Positions 46,575-61,769 are shown, numbered from the stretch's first letter. The stretch is 64,000 nucleotides of DNA from Escherichia coli (GCF_016026235.1 NZ_CP065613.1), one strand, 5' to 3'. The notes: generated from the sequence alone by a model not told the origin. Numbers and translations are program-made.

Positions 46575-48860
46575 ATGAATCAGAATCTGCTGGTGACAAA
46601 GCGCGACGGTAGCACAGAGCGCATCAATCTCGACAAAATCCATCGCGTTCTGGATTGGGCGGCAGAAGGACTGCATAACGTTTCGATTTCCCAGGTCGAG
46701 CTGCGCTCCCACATTCAGTTTTATGACGGTATCAAGACCTCTGACATCCACGAAACTATTATCAAGGCTGCCGCAGACCTGATCTCCCGTGATGCGCCGG
46801 ATTATCAGTATCTCGCCGCGCGCCTGACGATCTTCCACCTGCGTAAAAAAGCCTACGGCCAGTTTGAGCCGCCTGCGCTGTACGACCACGTGGTGAAAAT
46901 GGTCGAGATGGGCAAATACGATAATCATCTGCTGGAAGACTACACGGAAGAAGAGTTCAAGCAGATGGACACGTTTATCGATCACGACCGTGATATGACC
47001 TTCTCTTATGCTGCCGTTAAGCAACTGGAAGGCAAATATCTGGTACAGAACCGCGTGACCGGCGAAATCTACGAAAGCGCCCAGTTCCTTTATATTCTGG
47101 TTGCCGCGTGCCTGTTCTCGAACTACCCGCGTGAAACGCGCCTGCAATATGTGAAGCGTTTTTACGACGCGGTTTCCACATTTAAAATTTCGCTGCCGAC
47201 GCCAATCATGTCCGGCGTGCGTACCCCGACTCGTCAGTTCAGCTCCTGCGTACTGATCGAGTGCGGCGACAGCCTGGATTCCATCAACGCCACCTCCAGC
47301 GCGATTGTGAAATATGTTTCCCAGCGTGCCGGGATCGGCATCAACGCCGGGCGTATTCGTGCGCTGGGTAGCCCGATTCGCGGTGGCGAAGCGTTCCATA
47401 CCGGCTGCATTCCGTTCTACAAACATTTCCAGACTGCGGTGAAATCCTGCTCTCAGGGCGGCGTGCGCGGCGGTGCGGCAACGCTGTTCTACCCGATGTG
47501 GCATCTGGAAGTGGAAAGCCTGCTGGTGTTGAAAAACAACCGTGGTGTGGAAGGCAACCGCGTGCGTCATATGGACTACGGGGTACAAATCAACAAACTG
47601 ATGTATACCCGTCTGCTGAAAGGTGAAGATATCACCCTGTTCAGCCCGTCCGACGTACCGGGGCTGTACGACGCATTCTTCGCCGATCAGGAAGAGTTTG
47701 AACGCCTGTATACCAAATATGAGAAAGACGACAGCATCCGCAAGCAGCGTGTGAAAGCCGTTGAGCTGTTCTCGCTGATGATGCAGGAACGTGCGTCTAC
47801 CGGTCGTATCTATATTCAGAACGTTGACCACTGCAATACCCATAGCCCGTTTGATCCGACCATCGCGCCAGTGCGTCAGTCTAACCTGTGCCTGGAGATA
47901 GCCCTGCCGACCAAACCGCTGAACGACGTCAACGACGAGAACGGTGAAATCGCGCTGTGTACGCTGTCTGCTTTCAACCTGGGCGCAATTAATAGCCTGG
48001 ATGAACTGGAAGAGCTGGCAATTCTGGCGGTTCGTGCACTTGACGCGCTGCTGGATTATCAGGATTACCCGATCCCGGCCGCCAAACGTGGAGCGATGGG
48101 TCGTCGTACGCTGGGTATTGGTGTGATCAACTTCGCTTACTACCTGGCGAAGCACGGTAAACGTTACTCCGACGGCAGCGCCAACAACCTGACGCATAAA
48201 ACCTTCGAAGCGATTCAGTATTACCTGCTGAAAGCGTCTAATGAGCTGGCGAAAGAGCAAGGCGCGTGCCCGTGGTTTAACGAAACCACTTACGCGAAAG
48301 GGATCCTGCCGATCGATACCTATAAGAAAGATCTGGATGCCATCGCTAATGAACCACTGCATTACGACTGGGAAGCACTGCGTGAGTCAATCAAAACGCA
48401 CGGTCTGCGTAACTCCACGCTTTCTGCCCTGATGCCGTCCGAGACTTCTTCACAGATCTCTAACGCCACTAACGGTATTGAACCGCCGCGCGGTTACGTC
48501 AGCATCAAAGCGTCGAAAGACGGTATTCTGCGCCAGGTAGTGCCGGACTACGAGCATCTGCACGACGCCTATGAGCTGCTGTGGGAAATGCCGGGTAACG
48601 ATGGCTACCTGCAACTGGTGGGTATCATGCAGAAATTTATCGATCAGTCGATCTCTGCTAACACCAACTACGATCCGTCACGCTTCCCGTCAGGAAAAGT
48701 GCCGATGCAGCAATTGCTGAAAGACCTGCTCACCGCCTACAAATTCGGGGTCAAAACGCTGTATTATCAGAACACCCGTGACGGCGCTGAAGACGCGCAG
48801 GACGATCTGGTGCCGTCAATCCAGGACGATGGCTGCGAAAGCGGCGCATGTAAGATCTGA
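46575..48860 (+). CDS. nrdA: Ribonucleoside-diphosphate reductase 1 alpha subunit (761 aa)
   Basis: Full-length match to NrdA (MNQNLLVTKRDGSTERINLDKIHRVL...). Confidence 0.98.
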   Translation: MNQNLLVTKRDGSTERINLDKIHRVLDWAAEGLHNVSISQVELRSHIQFYDGIKTSDIHETIIKAAADLISRDAPDYQYLAARLTIFHLRKKAYGQFEPPALYDHVVKMVEMGKYDNHLLEDYTEEEFKQMDTFIDHDRDMTFSYAAVKQLEGKYLVQNRVTGEIYESAQFLYILVAACLFSNYPRETRLQYVKRFYDAVSTFKISLPTPIMSGVRTPTRQFSSCVLIECGDSLDSINATSSAIVKYVSQRAGIGINAGRIRALGSPIRGGEAFHTGCIPFYKHFQTAVKSCSQGGVRGGAATLFYPMWHLEVESLLVLKNNRGVEGNRVRHMDYGVQINKLMYTRLLKGEDITLFSPSDVPGLYDAFFADQEEFERLYTKYEKDDSIRKQRVKAVELFSLMMQERASTGRIYIQNVDHCNTHSPFDPTIAPVRQSNLCLEIALPTKPLNDVNDENGEIALCTLSAFNLGAINSLDELEELAILAVRALDALLDYQDYPIPAAKRGAMGRRTLGIGVINFAYYLAKHGKRYSDGSANNLTHKTFEAIQYYLLKASNELAKEQGACPWFNETTYAKGILPIDTYKKDLDAIANEPLHYDWEALRESIKTHGLRNSTLSALMPSETSSQISNATNGIEPPRGYVSIKASKDGILRQVVPDYEHLHDAYELLWEMPGNDGYLQLVGIMQKFIDQSISANTNYDPSRFPSGKVPMQQLLKDLLTAYKFGVKTLYYQNTRDGAEDAQDDLVPSIQDDGCESGACKI

Positions 48861-49041
48861 TATTGAGATGCCGGATGCGGCGTAAACGCCTTATCAGGCC
48901 TACGGCTCGGTTTGTAGGCCTGATTAGACGCGCCAGCGTCGCATCAGGCTCCGGGTGCCGGATGCAGCGTGAACGCCTTATCCGGCCTACGGCTCGGTTT
49001 GTAGGCCTGATTAGACGCGCCAGCGTCGCATCAGGCACAGG
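48861..49041. repeat. Two tandem REP/BIME units between nrdA and nrdB
   Basis: Direct repetition of gccggatgcggcgtaaacgccttatc(a/c)ggcctacggctcggtttgtaggcctgattagacgcgccagcgtcgcatcaggc. Confidence 0.85.
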
Positions 49042-49092
49042 ATGCGGCGTAAAATGCCTTATCCGGCATTAAACTCCCAACAGGACACACTC

Positions 49093-50223
49093 ATGGCATA
49101 TACCACCTTTTCACAGACGAAAAATGATCAGCTCAAAGAACCGATGTTCTTTGGTCAGCCGGTCAACGTGGCTCGCTACGATCAGCAAAAATATGACATC
49201 TTCGAAAAGCTGATCGAAAAGCAGCTCTCTTTCTTCTGGCGTCCGGAAGAAGTTGACGTTTCTCGTGACCGTATCGATTACCAGGCGCTGCCTGAACACG
49301 AAAAACACATCTTTATCAGCAACCTGAAATATCAGACACTGCTGGATTCCATTCAGGGCCGTAGCCCGAACGTGGCACTGCTGCCGCTGATCTCGATCCC
49401 GGAACTGGAGACCTGGGTCGAAACCTGGGCGTTTTCAGAAACGATTCATTCCCGTTCCTATACTCATATCATTCGTAATATCGTTAACGATCCGTCTGTT
49501 GTGTTTGACGATATCGTCACCAACGAGCAGATCCAGAAACGTGCGGAAGGGATCTCCAGCTATTACGATGAGCTGATCGAAATGACCAGCTACTGGCATC
49601 TGCTGGGCGAAGGTACCCACACCGTTAACGGTAAAACTGTGACCGTTAGCCTGCGCGAGCTGAAGAAAAAACTGTATCTCTGCCTGATGAGCGTTAACGC
49701 GCTGGAAGCGATTCGTTTCTACGTCAGCTTTGCTTGTTCCTTCGCATTTGCAGAACGCGAATTGATGGAAGGCAACGCCAAAATTATTCGCCTGATTGCC
49801 CGCGACGAAGCCCTGCACCTGACCGGCACCCAGCATATGCTGAATCTGCTGCGCAGCGGCGCGGACGATCCTGAGATGGCGGAAATTGCCGAAGAGTGTA
49901 AGCAGGAGTGCTATGACCTGTTTGTTCAGGCAGCTCAACAGGAGAAAGACTGGGCGGATTATCTGTTCCGCGACGGTTCGATGATTGGTCTGAATAAAGA
50001 CATTCTCTGCCAGTACGTTGAATACATCACCAATATCCGTATGCAGGCAGTCGGTTTGGATCTGCCGTTCCAGACGCGCTCCAACCCGATCCCATGGATC
50101 AACACCTGGCTGGTGTCTGATAACGTGCAGGTTGCTCCGCAGGAAGTGGAAGTCAGTTCTTATCTGGTCGGGCAGATTGACGCGGAAGTGGACACCGACG
50201 ATTTGAGTAACTTCCAACTCTGA
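49093..50223 (+). CDS. nrdB: Ribonucleoside-diphosphate reductase 1 beta subunit (376 aa)
   Basis: ORF track start lies in the REP region; start moved to [22 protein letters not shown] matching NrdB. Confidence 0.97.
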   Translation: MAYTTFSQTKNDQLKEPMFFGQPVNVARYDQQKYDIFEKLIEKQLSFFWRPEEVDVSRDRIDYQALPEHEKHIFISNLKYQTLLDSIQGRSPNVALLPLISIPELETWVETWAFSETIHSRSYTHIIRNIVNDPSVVFDDIVTNEQIQKRAEGISSYYDELIEMTSYWHLLGEGTHTVNGKTVTVSLRELKKKLYLCLMSVNALEAIRFYVSFACSFAFAERELMEGNAKIIRLIARDEALHLTGTQHMLNLLRSGADDPEMAEIAEECKQECYDLFVQAAQQEKDWADYLFRDGSMIGLNKDILCQYVEYITNIRMQAVGLDLPFQTRSNPIPWINTWLVSDNVQVAPQEVEVSSYLVGQIDAEVDTDDLSNFQL

Positions 50224-50477
50224 TGGCCCGCGTTACCCTGCGCATCACTGGCACACAACTGCTGTGCCAGGATGAACACCCTTCCCTTCTGGCGGCGCTG
50301 GAATCCCACAATGTGGCGGTTGAGTATCAGTGTCGCGAAGGTTACTGCGGCTCCTGTCGCACCCGTCTGGTTGCAGGTCAGGTTGACTGGATTGCCGAAC
50401 CGTTAGCCTTTATTCAGCCGGGGGAAATTTTGCCCTGTTGTTGCCGGGCAAAAGGCGATATTGAAATCGAGATGTGA
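50223..50477 (+). CDS. yfaE: 2Fe-2S ferredoxin YfaE (84 aa)
   Basis: 84-aa ORF with CxxxxCxxC...C pattern (CREGYCGSC ... CCC) directly after nrdB. Confidence 0.9.
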   Translation: MARVTLRITGTQLLCQDEHPSLLAALESHNVAVEYQCREGYCGSCRTRLVAGQVDWIAEPLAFIQPGEILPCCCRAKGDIEIEM

Positions 50478-50530
50478 ATTGGTTGTAGTGCCAGATACAA
50501 CGCTTATGCGTCTTATCTGGCCTACAACGA

Positions 50531-51181
50531 TTACATGGCGTAGTAATACGCTTTCACCTGCTCCCAGTCCGCTTTGGGGATTGGCTCCAGATATTTTTCC
50601 AGCTGGCGGAAGTCATGATTAATCGCTTTATCGCGACGCAAGCGGCGACGACTTTTCTCCAGGTCAAGAAAACCAGCTTCTGCATTACCTTCTGTTTTCA
50701 CATAGATATGGCGAACATAACAACAGCCATGCTGACGATTAATGCTATGCATTTTCTTAAACGCCAGCGCCACTGCTTTCAACATGGCTTGCCGTACTTC
50801 GTCAGAATAAGGCGATACTGCATGCTGGGCATACCAGTCAGCAATGCTGATGAACCCCGCCATATCTTCAGTCACCAGCAACGCTCGCCATTCACCCTCA
50901 ATTTTCACCGCTTCACCAAAAACGATCTTCGGCACGATGACACCGGCCCGTTCCAGTTCTTTAATTACCGCAACCTCACGGACAATCGTTGGTCGGCCGA
51001 ACGGATAACGTACGGAATGAAACAGATGATGCGTCATGCGCTTTACATATAGCTTTTTGCCGTTGCGCTCGACGCATTGCACCCCGCTCATACCATTACG
51101 GCGATAGTTAGGCTCTTCAACCCAGTCGCCCTCTGTTGCCCACCAGTGATTAAATTCGTCGTGCTTTGCTGAAACTGCCAT
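50531..51181 (-). CDS. inaA: Acid-inducible Kdo/WaaP-family kinase InaA (216 aa)
   Basis: 216-aa ORF; K-12 synteny after yfaE. Confidence 0.88.
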   Translation of the reverse strand: MAVSAKHDEFNHWWATEGDWVEEPNYRRNGMSGVQCVERNGKKLYVKRMTHHLFHSVRYPFGRPTIVREVAVIKELERAGVIVPKIVFGEAVKIEGEWRALLVTEDMAGFISIADWYAQHAVSPYSDEVRQAMLKAVALAFKKMHSINRQHGCCYVRHIYVKTEGNAEAGFLDLEKSRRRLRRDKAINHDFRQLEKYLEPIPKADWEQVKAYYYAM

Positions 51182-51261
51182 ACCCTATCGCCTGTCATTT
51201 TTTATTAACGACAATGACTATAGGTGGTTACCTGCGAAAAATCTTAATGAAACGTGTCGTA

Positions 51262-52314
51262 TTAATGAATTTCTTTTGCCACTACTAGCGCGACACCGCT
51301 TTTACCCTTCATTTGCAGCGCATAGACTCCACCAGCCACTACCACTAATAGTGCGCCCAGCAGATAAATCATTCGGTAGCCAGTATGTGCAACCATCATC
51401 CCCATCACACAGGCTCCCAGCGCCAGGCCTGCATCCATCGCATTGAAGAAGAGGGAGTTTGCGACACCGATTTTATGCGGTTCCACTGAACTGATAATCT
51501 GCGTCTGAAAAACTGGCGTCACGGAACCATACCCGATACCAATCAACGCGCCAGAAACAACCATCATTATGCTTCCCTGGGTGTAGCCGAGAACCACCAG
51601 TCCTACCGTAAAGAACACAAGGCAAGGGTAAACCACATATTTCGGTCCTTTTTTGTCGCAGACATTGCCGGTAAAGGTACGGCAGATCATCAGGAAGATG
51701 GCGTAGCAAAGCAGGAAATTACTGGCCGCCGACATCAGGTTAAGTTCGCGAGCATAAAGCGCCAGAAAAGCAGAAACCCCGGCATACGAAAAGGTCATAA
51801 AAAAGGTGACCATCGCAAATGGCAACGCCGCGCGATCGAACATGGCGGCAAAGCCCATTTTCGGCGTTGAACCATCAGCATGGCTGATAACCGGCGGCAC
51901 TGTCATAATCAGCGACAGAATAATCCCCACCGCTGCCACGCCGGTGCATAGCCAGAAAGCCAGATTAAAGGCTTCCCAGCGCGCCATATTCAGACCAATC
52001 CACGGCCCGACCACCATTGCCAGCCCCATTGCCAAAGAGAAAAAACTGATGCCCTCCCCACGTCGGGAGGCCGGGATCAGCCGCGCGGAAATCGTTCCTT
52101 TTACCGTAGTGATAACCCCGAAGGTAATACCATGAAGCACCCTAATAAAAAGCAGTGATTCTATTGAGTGGCAAAAAGGATACAGCGCAGAGACCACCAA
52201 AAAGGCCAGAGAAGAGAGCACCAGAATAGTTTTATTCGAATATTTACCCACCCATTGCCCGGCAAAGGGTCGAATAACAATCGCCGCAATTAAAAATAAT
52301 GTCACCAGCAGACC
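51262..52314 (-). pseudogene. MFS transporter gene, C-terminal part (about codons 51-396), interrupted by IS4
   Basis: Multi-TM ORF opening with an ORF-caller GTG inside the target duplication; continues the reading frame of the fragment at 53740-53889 once the IS4 and one duplication copy are removed. Confidence 0.8.
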
Positions 52315-53739
52315 TAATGCCAGTCAGTTAAGCAACTGACTGGCTCTTTTTCGGGGCTGTGGGGTATTTCCAGGGCCTCTCCTTTACCACTCTCGGGAAG
52401 GCCCTTCCCCTTCTCGTCGGTAATTTCACAAGTTGTCCCATACTTGCAAGATCGCGCATCAGCTCCGGTATACGTCCCGGTGAAGCGCCCTGCAATGTCA
52501 TCAGCATTCTCATCACCATTCCGCATGATTCTGAGAAACTCAGTTGATTCGGCCAGTAACCTTTCAGATGTTCCGCCATTTTAATCATCTGATATCTCAC
52601 CAGATTATAAGCCAGTAAGACACCCCACAGCTCTTGCTCCACAAGCTCCGGCTTTTTACTTCTCAGCGTCAGCCTGCTCAGTTGCATCGTCTGTTTTATC
52701 TCCCTGTATCCCAGTTCGATTTCCCAGCGATGACTGTACAGATCCGCCATTTCTCCTCCGGGGAAGCGCATGGCGTCCGTCATCGACGTCAGCAGATGGC
52801 AGACTTTTCCTTTGCGCGTCACGGTCAGCAGGCGGGCTGTCACTTCATTTCCCAGTCCCGGCCACTTTTTTCGTGCCTGCGGGCTGGTTTTCAGCTTCAC
52901 CAGATGATCGCCTTTACCCAGTTTTCTGAGCTCTTCATATTGCGCTCCCTTTCTGAGAGGTATCATCCAGTGGCGGTGTTCTCCCGCCAGGCTCCAGGCA
53001 TTTAACAGTCCCAGTGAGTAATAACCTTTATCCATTAACGTCAGAGTGTTATCGCCGGTTTGTTCTATAAGTTGCTCAGCAAGCTCATTTTCGCTGTTCT
53101 TCATCGTGCCGAAGGCTGCAGCCGTCAGCAGATGGCTGGTCAGTTCCATCTGGCAGACCATTTTGACCTGCGGGTAGAGCGCCGGGTTCCCGGCATGTGT
53201 CTGGCGGGGAAGGCTGCATCGTTCTCTGGTGTATCCGGTGTGCGCCAGAACACACCATCGATGGCCAGCAGGGTCAGGCCGCACCAGTGCGGATGCGGCG
53301 TGGCGTTATGCCAGAGCTGCGCTGTTTTCGTGAACACGCGGCGGACAGCCTCACTTCCCAGGCGCTGGCGGGCCTGAATAACGGCACTGGGGGCAACGAA
53401 GGGGCGATTGCCCGGCAGCATGATGTCCAGGCGATTCACAATCTGGTGAAGAGGTTCTTTACGCTCAAGCGCCATGCCAACAATACACCAGACCATCATT
53501 TCGAGGGGAAGACGGCGCTTGCGTAGCGTTACAGTACCTGATTCGGCAAGGCAACGAGAGATGAGTTCGGGGTCGAGGTAATCCCCCAGAGAAGTCAGTG
53601 GGTTACGCAGAGAATCGTAACGGGATACCAGATCAAGAGCCTGTCCAATGTGCATAAAAAAATCCGGAAACAAGTGAGCGTTTCCGGATTCTTACACAGC
53701 CACTGGATCGGTCAACTGATCCTTAACTGATCGGCATTA
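52315..53739 (-). mobile_element. IS4 (1425 bp) with imperfect terminal inverted repeats taatgccagtcagttaag / cttaactgatcggcatta and 12-bp target duplication caccagcagacc
   Basis: Transposase translation recognisable as IS4 InsG; the duplication sits at 52303-52314 and 53740-53751; ends cross-checked against ORF boundaries. Confidence 0.9.
52328..53673 (-). pseudogene. insG: IS4 transposase split into two overlapping frames (177 aa + 318 aa), apparent frameshift near 53196-53200
   Basis: ORF track shows 53140-53673 and 52328-53284 on the same strand in different frames; together they span a single roughly 442-aa transposase. Confidence 0.7.
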
Positions 53740-53889
53740 CACCAGCAGACCAGCTTTATCAGGGGATGCATGGAGACGATCGGAGATATAAATAGGTAAT
53801 AAGGTCAGCAACACATAAAAGACGAAAAAGATAATAAAGCTAATAATGGTGATTGCCCAAAAATCTTTCGTCCATAATTTTTCTTTCAT
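53740..53889 (-). pseudogene. MFS transporter gene, N-terminal part (about 50 codons), separated from the rest by IS4
   Basis: MKEKLWTKDFWAITIISFIIFFVFYVLLTLLPIYISDRL... first TM helix of an MFS protein; frame terminates at the TAA created by the IS4 end. Confidence 0.75.
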
Positions 53890-54053
53890 ACTAAACGACC
53901 CGTTCAAATGGCGCACAAGGACACCGCTCAGCATCACAGGCTGAACCACTACAGGTGCGTCAAAATGTGATTTACTCGATAGAAATAGAGTATAAATGGA
54001 TGCACTCTATAAGAGAAATTAATCGTTTTAATCATATTAATTAGATATTACTA

Positions 54054-54932
54054 ATGACACTAACCCAAATCCACACCCTGCTCGCCGTACTGGATTATGG
54101 CGGCTTTACCGAAGCCAGTAAGCGCCTGTTTATGACGCAATCCGCCGTAAGCCAGGCCATTGCCACCCTGGAGCAAGAGCTTGGCGTAGAGATCCTGATC
54201 CGCGAGCGGCGAAAAGCACTGCAGCTGACTGACGCCGGCTCACGCATCGCAAGCCATCTGCGGGCGATTACCCGTGAAGTGAACGCTGTGAAAGAAATTG
54301 CCGAGCAGGAAAAACATAACCCGACCAGAACGCTGCGCATCGGCTGCTTTCCCAGCGCCTGCGCGTGTATTTTACCGGGTATTATTCGCTATTTTGAAAC
54401 TTATCATCCGCAGATAAAAATCATTCCTTACGAAGAGAACAGCAGTGAAATTATTGATTCGGTGCAAAACGAAACTATCGATGCCGGTTTTGTCCATTTT
54501 CCGGTAACCGGAATGTATTCCGTCCCGGTATATCAGGATAAATTTACCGTGGTGCTGCCAGATGCTCATCCCCTGGCAAAAAATAACGCTATATCGGTGG
54601 AAGAACTGGTGGGAGAACCGCTCATTATCAGTAAGGGGCGTTATGAATTAAGCATTATGGCGTTATTTAAGGAAAAGAATATTACGCCGGTCATTAAATA
54701 TGAATTTAACCATCCAGATACGGCAATAAGTTTTATTCGCCAGGGATTAGGAATTGCTCTGTTACCGGAGCTGACGCTGAAAGCCGTCGCCGGTGAGTTA
54801 TGCTCTGTCCCGCTGGAGCCGACGTTTTATCGGCAAATTTCATTGCTGGTCAAAGAGGCGCCGGTAGAAGGCAGCCCATTGTTTTTATTGCAAATGTGTA
54901 TGGAAACCCTGGTGGTCAAAGGCATATTGTGA
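54054..54932 (+). CDS. LysR-family transcriptional regulator (292 aa)
   Basis: N-terminal HTH (LTQIHTLLAVLDYGGFTEASKRLFMTQSAVSQAIATLEQELG) and C-terminal substrate-binding domain; divergent from the MFS gene. Confidence 0.85.
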   Translation: MTLTQIHTLLAVLDYGGFTEASKRLFMTQSAVSQAIATLEQELGVEILIRERRKALQLTDAGSRIASHLRAITREVNAVKEIAEQEKHNPTRTLRIGCFPSACACILPGIIRYFETYHPQIKIIPYEENSSEIIDSVQNETIDAGFVHFPVTGMYSVPVYQDKFTVVLPDAHPLAKNNAISVEELVGEPLIISKGRYELSIMALFKEKNITPVIKYEFNHPDTAISFIRQGLGIALLPELTLKAVAGELCSVPLEPTFYRQISLLVKEAPVEGSPLFLLQMCMETLVVKGIL

Positions 54933-54976
54933 AAAGGGCATCCGGTCAGGTTTTGCCTTCCCGGATGCCTGTGTCA

Positions 54977-56056
54977 TTAATTATCTTTATGCAGGAATTT
55001 AACCGCTTTATCAGGGAAATCAGTAAACAACCCATTTACACCCGCTTTGTTATACAGAGCATCATATAACTGATTCACATCAGTTGTGTATTCAGGCAGT
55101 TTATCTGACCGCACGGTATAAGGATGCACTACCAGCTTGTTCTGCTGAGCATCTTGCACCATGCCAGTGAGTTTGATATTACCCGGCTGCGATGTCTCCT
55201 CAATCAACATATGGTAATCCGGACCAATACCATCTGCATATTCCGCCACCTGTTTCATGGCACCCGGCTTAAACATCCAGTCGTAGTTGTAATTAACCCA
55301 GCTTCCGTCCGGCTGTTTCTGCTGCGTTTCATTCCAGTCGGTATAGGCAATCAGCTGTACCAGATTGAGATCCATGCCCATTTTGGGTTCCAGCTCATTC
55401 TTAATACGCTTCAGCTCATCAGCATCAAAACATTGCAAATAAACTTTATCGTCTTTACCGGTGTAACCATATTTCTTCAGCACTTCCAGCGTTTTTGCCG
55501 CAATATCCTTCCCTTCCTGATGATGGAACCACGGCGCTTTGATTTCTGGATAGATACCGATATTTTTCCCGGTAGAGTGATTTAACCCCTGAACAAATTC
55601 AATCTCTTCTTCAAAGGTGTGCACCCGGAAGTCGGACTTACCCATTGGGAAACGCCCCGGATAAGTCTGCACTTTTTTACCGTTTTCAATATCGAAACCT
55701 TCGGTAAATTTCAACGACTTAATTTCATCCAGCGTGAAATCTATCGCGTAGTAACGACCGTCTTTGCGCGCCCGATCCGGGAAACGATCGGCAACATCAG
55801 TAACACGATCGAGGTAATGGTCATGCAGAACAACCAGATGGTCGTCTTTGGTCATCACCAAATCCTGTTCCAGATAATCCGCTCCCTGCGCATACGCCAT
55901 CGCTTTTGCTGGCAGCGTATGCTCCGGCAAATATCCACTGGCACCGCGATGGGCGATGACTATTTTTTCGTTGCTGTCCGCCGCCAGTGCACTGCTTCCC
56001 ATGACTATAGTGCTCATCATGATCGCCATGCTAAGGTTTTTCAGCGTCAATTTCAT
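54977..56056 (-). CDS. glpQ: Periplasmic glycerophosphodiester phosphodiesterase GlpQ
   Basis: Start moved to MKLTLKNLSMAIMMSTIVMGSSALAA; HRGASGYLPEHT active-site region. Confidence 0.95.
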   Translation of the reverse strand: MKLTLKNLSMAIMMSTIVMGSSALAADSNEKIVIAHRGASGYLPEHTLPAKAMAYAQGADYLEQDLVMTKDDHLVVLHDHYLDRVTDVADRFPDRARKDGRYYAIDFTLDEIKSLKFTEGFDIENGKKVQTYPGRFPMGKSDFRVHTFEEEIEFVQGLNHSTGKNIGIYPEIKAPWFHHQEGKDIAAKTLEVLKKYGYTGKDDKVYLQCFDADELKRIKNELEPKMGMDLNLVQLIAYTDWNETQQKQPDGSWVNYNYDWMFKPGAMKQVAEYADGIGPDYHMLIEETSQPGNIKLTGMVQDAQQNKLVVHPYTVRSDKLPEYTTDVNQLYDALYNKAGVNGLFTDFPDKAVKFLHKDN

Positions 56057-56060
56057 GCCA

Positions 56061-57419
56061 TTAGCCTCCGTTGCGTTTTTGCAGTAATTCCTGATGGCGA
56101 CGTTTTTCGCCAATCATCACAACAATCAACAAGATAACCGCCAGAATGCTGCCGCCAATCATTACCATAAAGCCGCCATCCCAGCCGAAGAAGTCCACGG
56201 TGTAGCCAACAATCGCGCTCGCCGCCACCGAACCGCCCAGGTAACCAAACAGACCGGTAAAGCCCGCTGCCGTTCCTGCCGCTTTTTTCGGTGCCAGTTC
56301 CAGCGCATGCAGACCGATCAGCATCACAGGGCCGTAGATCAGGAAGCCGATAACAATCATACAAATCATATCGACGGTTGGGTTACCTGCCGGGTTCATC
56401 CAGTAAACGATAGTCGCGATGGTCACCAGTGTCATAAAGAAGACGCCGGTTGCCCCACGGTTGCCACGGAAGACTTTATCCGACATCCAGCCGCACAGCA
56501 GGGTGCCCGGAATACCCGCATACTCATAGAAGAAGTAGGCCCAGGAGGATTTATCCAGCGCGAAATGCTTAACCTCTTTCAGATAAGTCGGTGACCAGTC
56601 GAGGATGCCGTAACGCAGCAGATAAACGAACACGTTGGCGATGGCGATGTACCACAGCAGTTTGTTCGGCAGCACGTACTGCATGAAGATTTGCTTCGCA
56701 GTCAGCTCCTGTTCCGCTTTTTCGTTATAGTCGTCCGGATAATCATTTTTGTACTCTTCGATCGGCGGCAGGCCACAGGATTGCGGGGTATCGCGCATCA
56801 TCGCAAAGGCGAATAATGCCACCAGAATGGCGCAGAAAGCGGGCATATAGAGCGCCGCGTGCCAGTCATTGAACCAGGCCATCCCCAGCAGGAACAGCAG
56901 CGGCGGAATACCACCACCGACGTTGTGCGCACAGTTCCACACTGACACAATGCCGCCACGTTCTTTCTGCGACCACCAGTGCACCATAGTACGACCACAC
57001 GGCGGCCACCCCATCCCCTGGAACCAACCGCAGAGGAACAACAGTACAAACATTACCGCAATGCTCGACGTCGCCCATGGCACAAAGCCCATAAACAACA
57101 TCACTGCCGCCGCCAGAATCAAACCTGCGGGCAGGAAAACGCGCGGATTCGAGCGATCCGATACCGAACCCATGATGAATTTCGAAAATCCATAGGCGAT
57201 CGAGATCCCAGAAAGCGCAAAACCTAAATCACCGCGTGAGAATCCCTGCTCCACCAGGTAAGGCATAGCGAGCGCAAAGTTCTTACGAACCAAATAGTAA
57301 GCAGCATAGCCAAAGAATATCCCCAGGAAAATTTGCCAGCGCAATCGACGATAAGTCGGATCGATCTCCGCGGCAGGTAAGCGCGCTTTGTGTGGCGCTG
57401 GTTTAAAAATACTCAACAT
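56061..57419 (-). CDS. glpT: Glycerol-3-phosphate:phosphate antiporter GlpT (452 aa)
   Basis: 452-aa MFS ORF ([31 protein letters not shown]...) upstream of glpQ. Confidence 0.95.
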   Translation of the reverse strand: MLSIFKPAPHKARLPAAEIDPTYRRLRWQIFLGIFFGYAAYYLVRKNFALAMPYLVEQGFSRGDLGFALSGISIAYGFSKFIMGSVSDRSNPRVFLPAGLILAAAVMLFMGFVPWATSSIAVMFVLLFLCGWFQGMGWPPCGRTMVHWWSQKERGGIVSVWNCAHNVGGGIPPLLFLLGMAWFNDWHAALYMPAFCAILVALFAFAMMRDTPQSCGLPPIEEYKNDYPDDYNEKAEQELTAKQIFMQYVLPNKLLWYIAIANVFVYLLRYGILDWSPTYLKEVKHFALDKSSWAYFFYEYAGIPGTLLCGWMSDKVFRGNRGATGVFFMTLVTIATIVYWMNPAGNPTVDMICMIVIGFLIYGPVMLIGLHALELAPKKAAGTAAGFTGLFGYLGGSVAASAIVGYTVDFFGWDGGFMVMIGGSILAVILLIVVMIGEKRRHQELLQKRNGG

Positions 57420-57691
57420 TGATAGCCTCCGTGGCCCGTGGTCTTATTTATGATTAACAGCCTGATTCAGTGAGAGAACCTGCCGTTTCTTGAGTTGCCG
57501 CGATGTTAAGAAAACATTCATAAATTAAATGTGAATTGCCGCACACATTATTAAATAAGATTTACAAAATGTTCAAAATGACGCATGAAATCACGTTTCA
57601 CTTTCGAATTATGAGCGAATATGCGCGAAATCAAACAATTCATGTTTTTACTATGGCTAAATGGTAAAAAACGAACTTCAGAGGGATAACA
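57420..57691. promoter_or_regulatory. Divergent glpTQ / glpABC control region with a CRP-like site (about 57529-57550, aaatgtgaattgccgcacacat) and GlpR-operator-like repeats
   Basis: TGTGA-N6-GCACA motif read directly; AT-rich intergenic region between divergent glp operons; sub-positions +/-2 bp. Confidence 0.6.
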
Positions 57692-61756
<4,065 letters not shown>

Positions 61757-61769
61757 ACTCCTTTCTGAT

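Noticed and set aside
46485-48362. 625-aa minus-strand ORF inside nrdA
   Set aside because: Entirely antisense to the recognisable nrdA coding sequence; shadow ORF in a long GC-rich gene. The same applies to 39207-40178 and 38574-39194 within gyrA, 19812-20906 within ompC, 49435-50217 within nrdB, 10341-11240 within napA and 57713-58420 within glpA.
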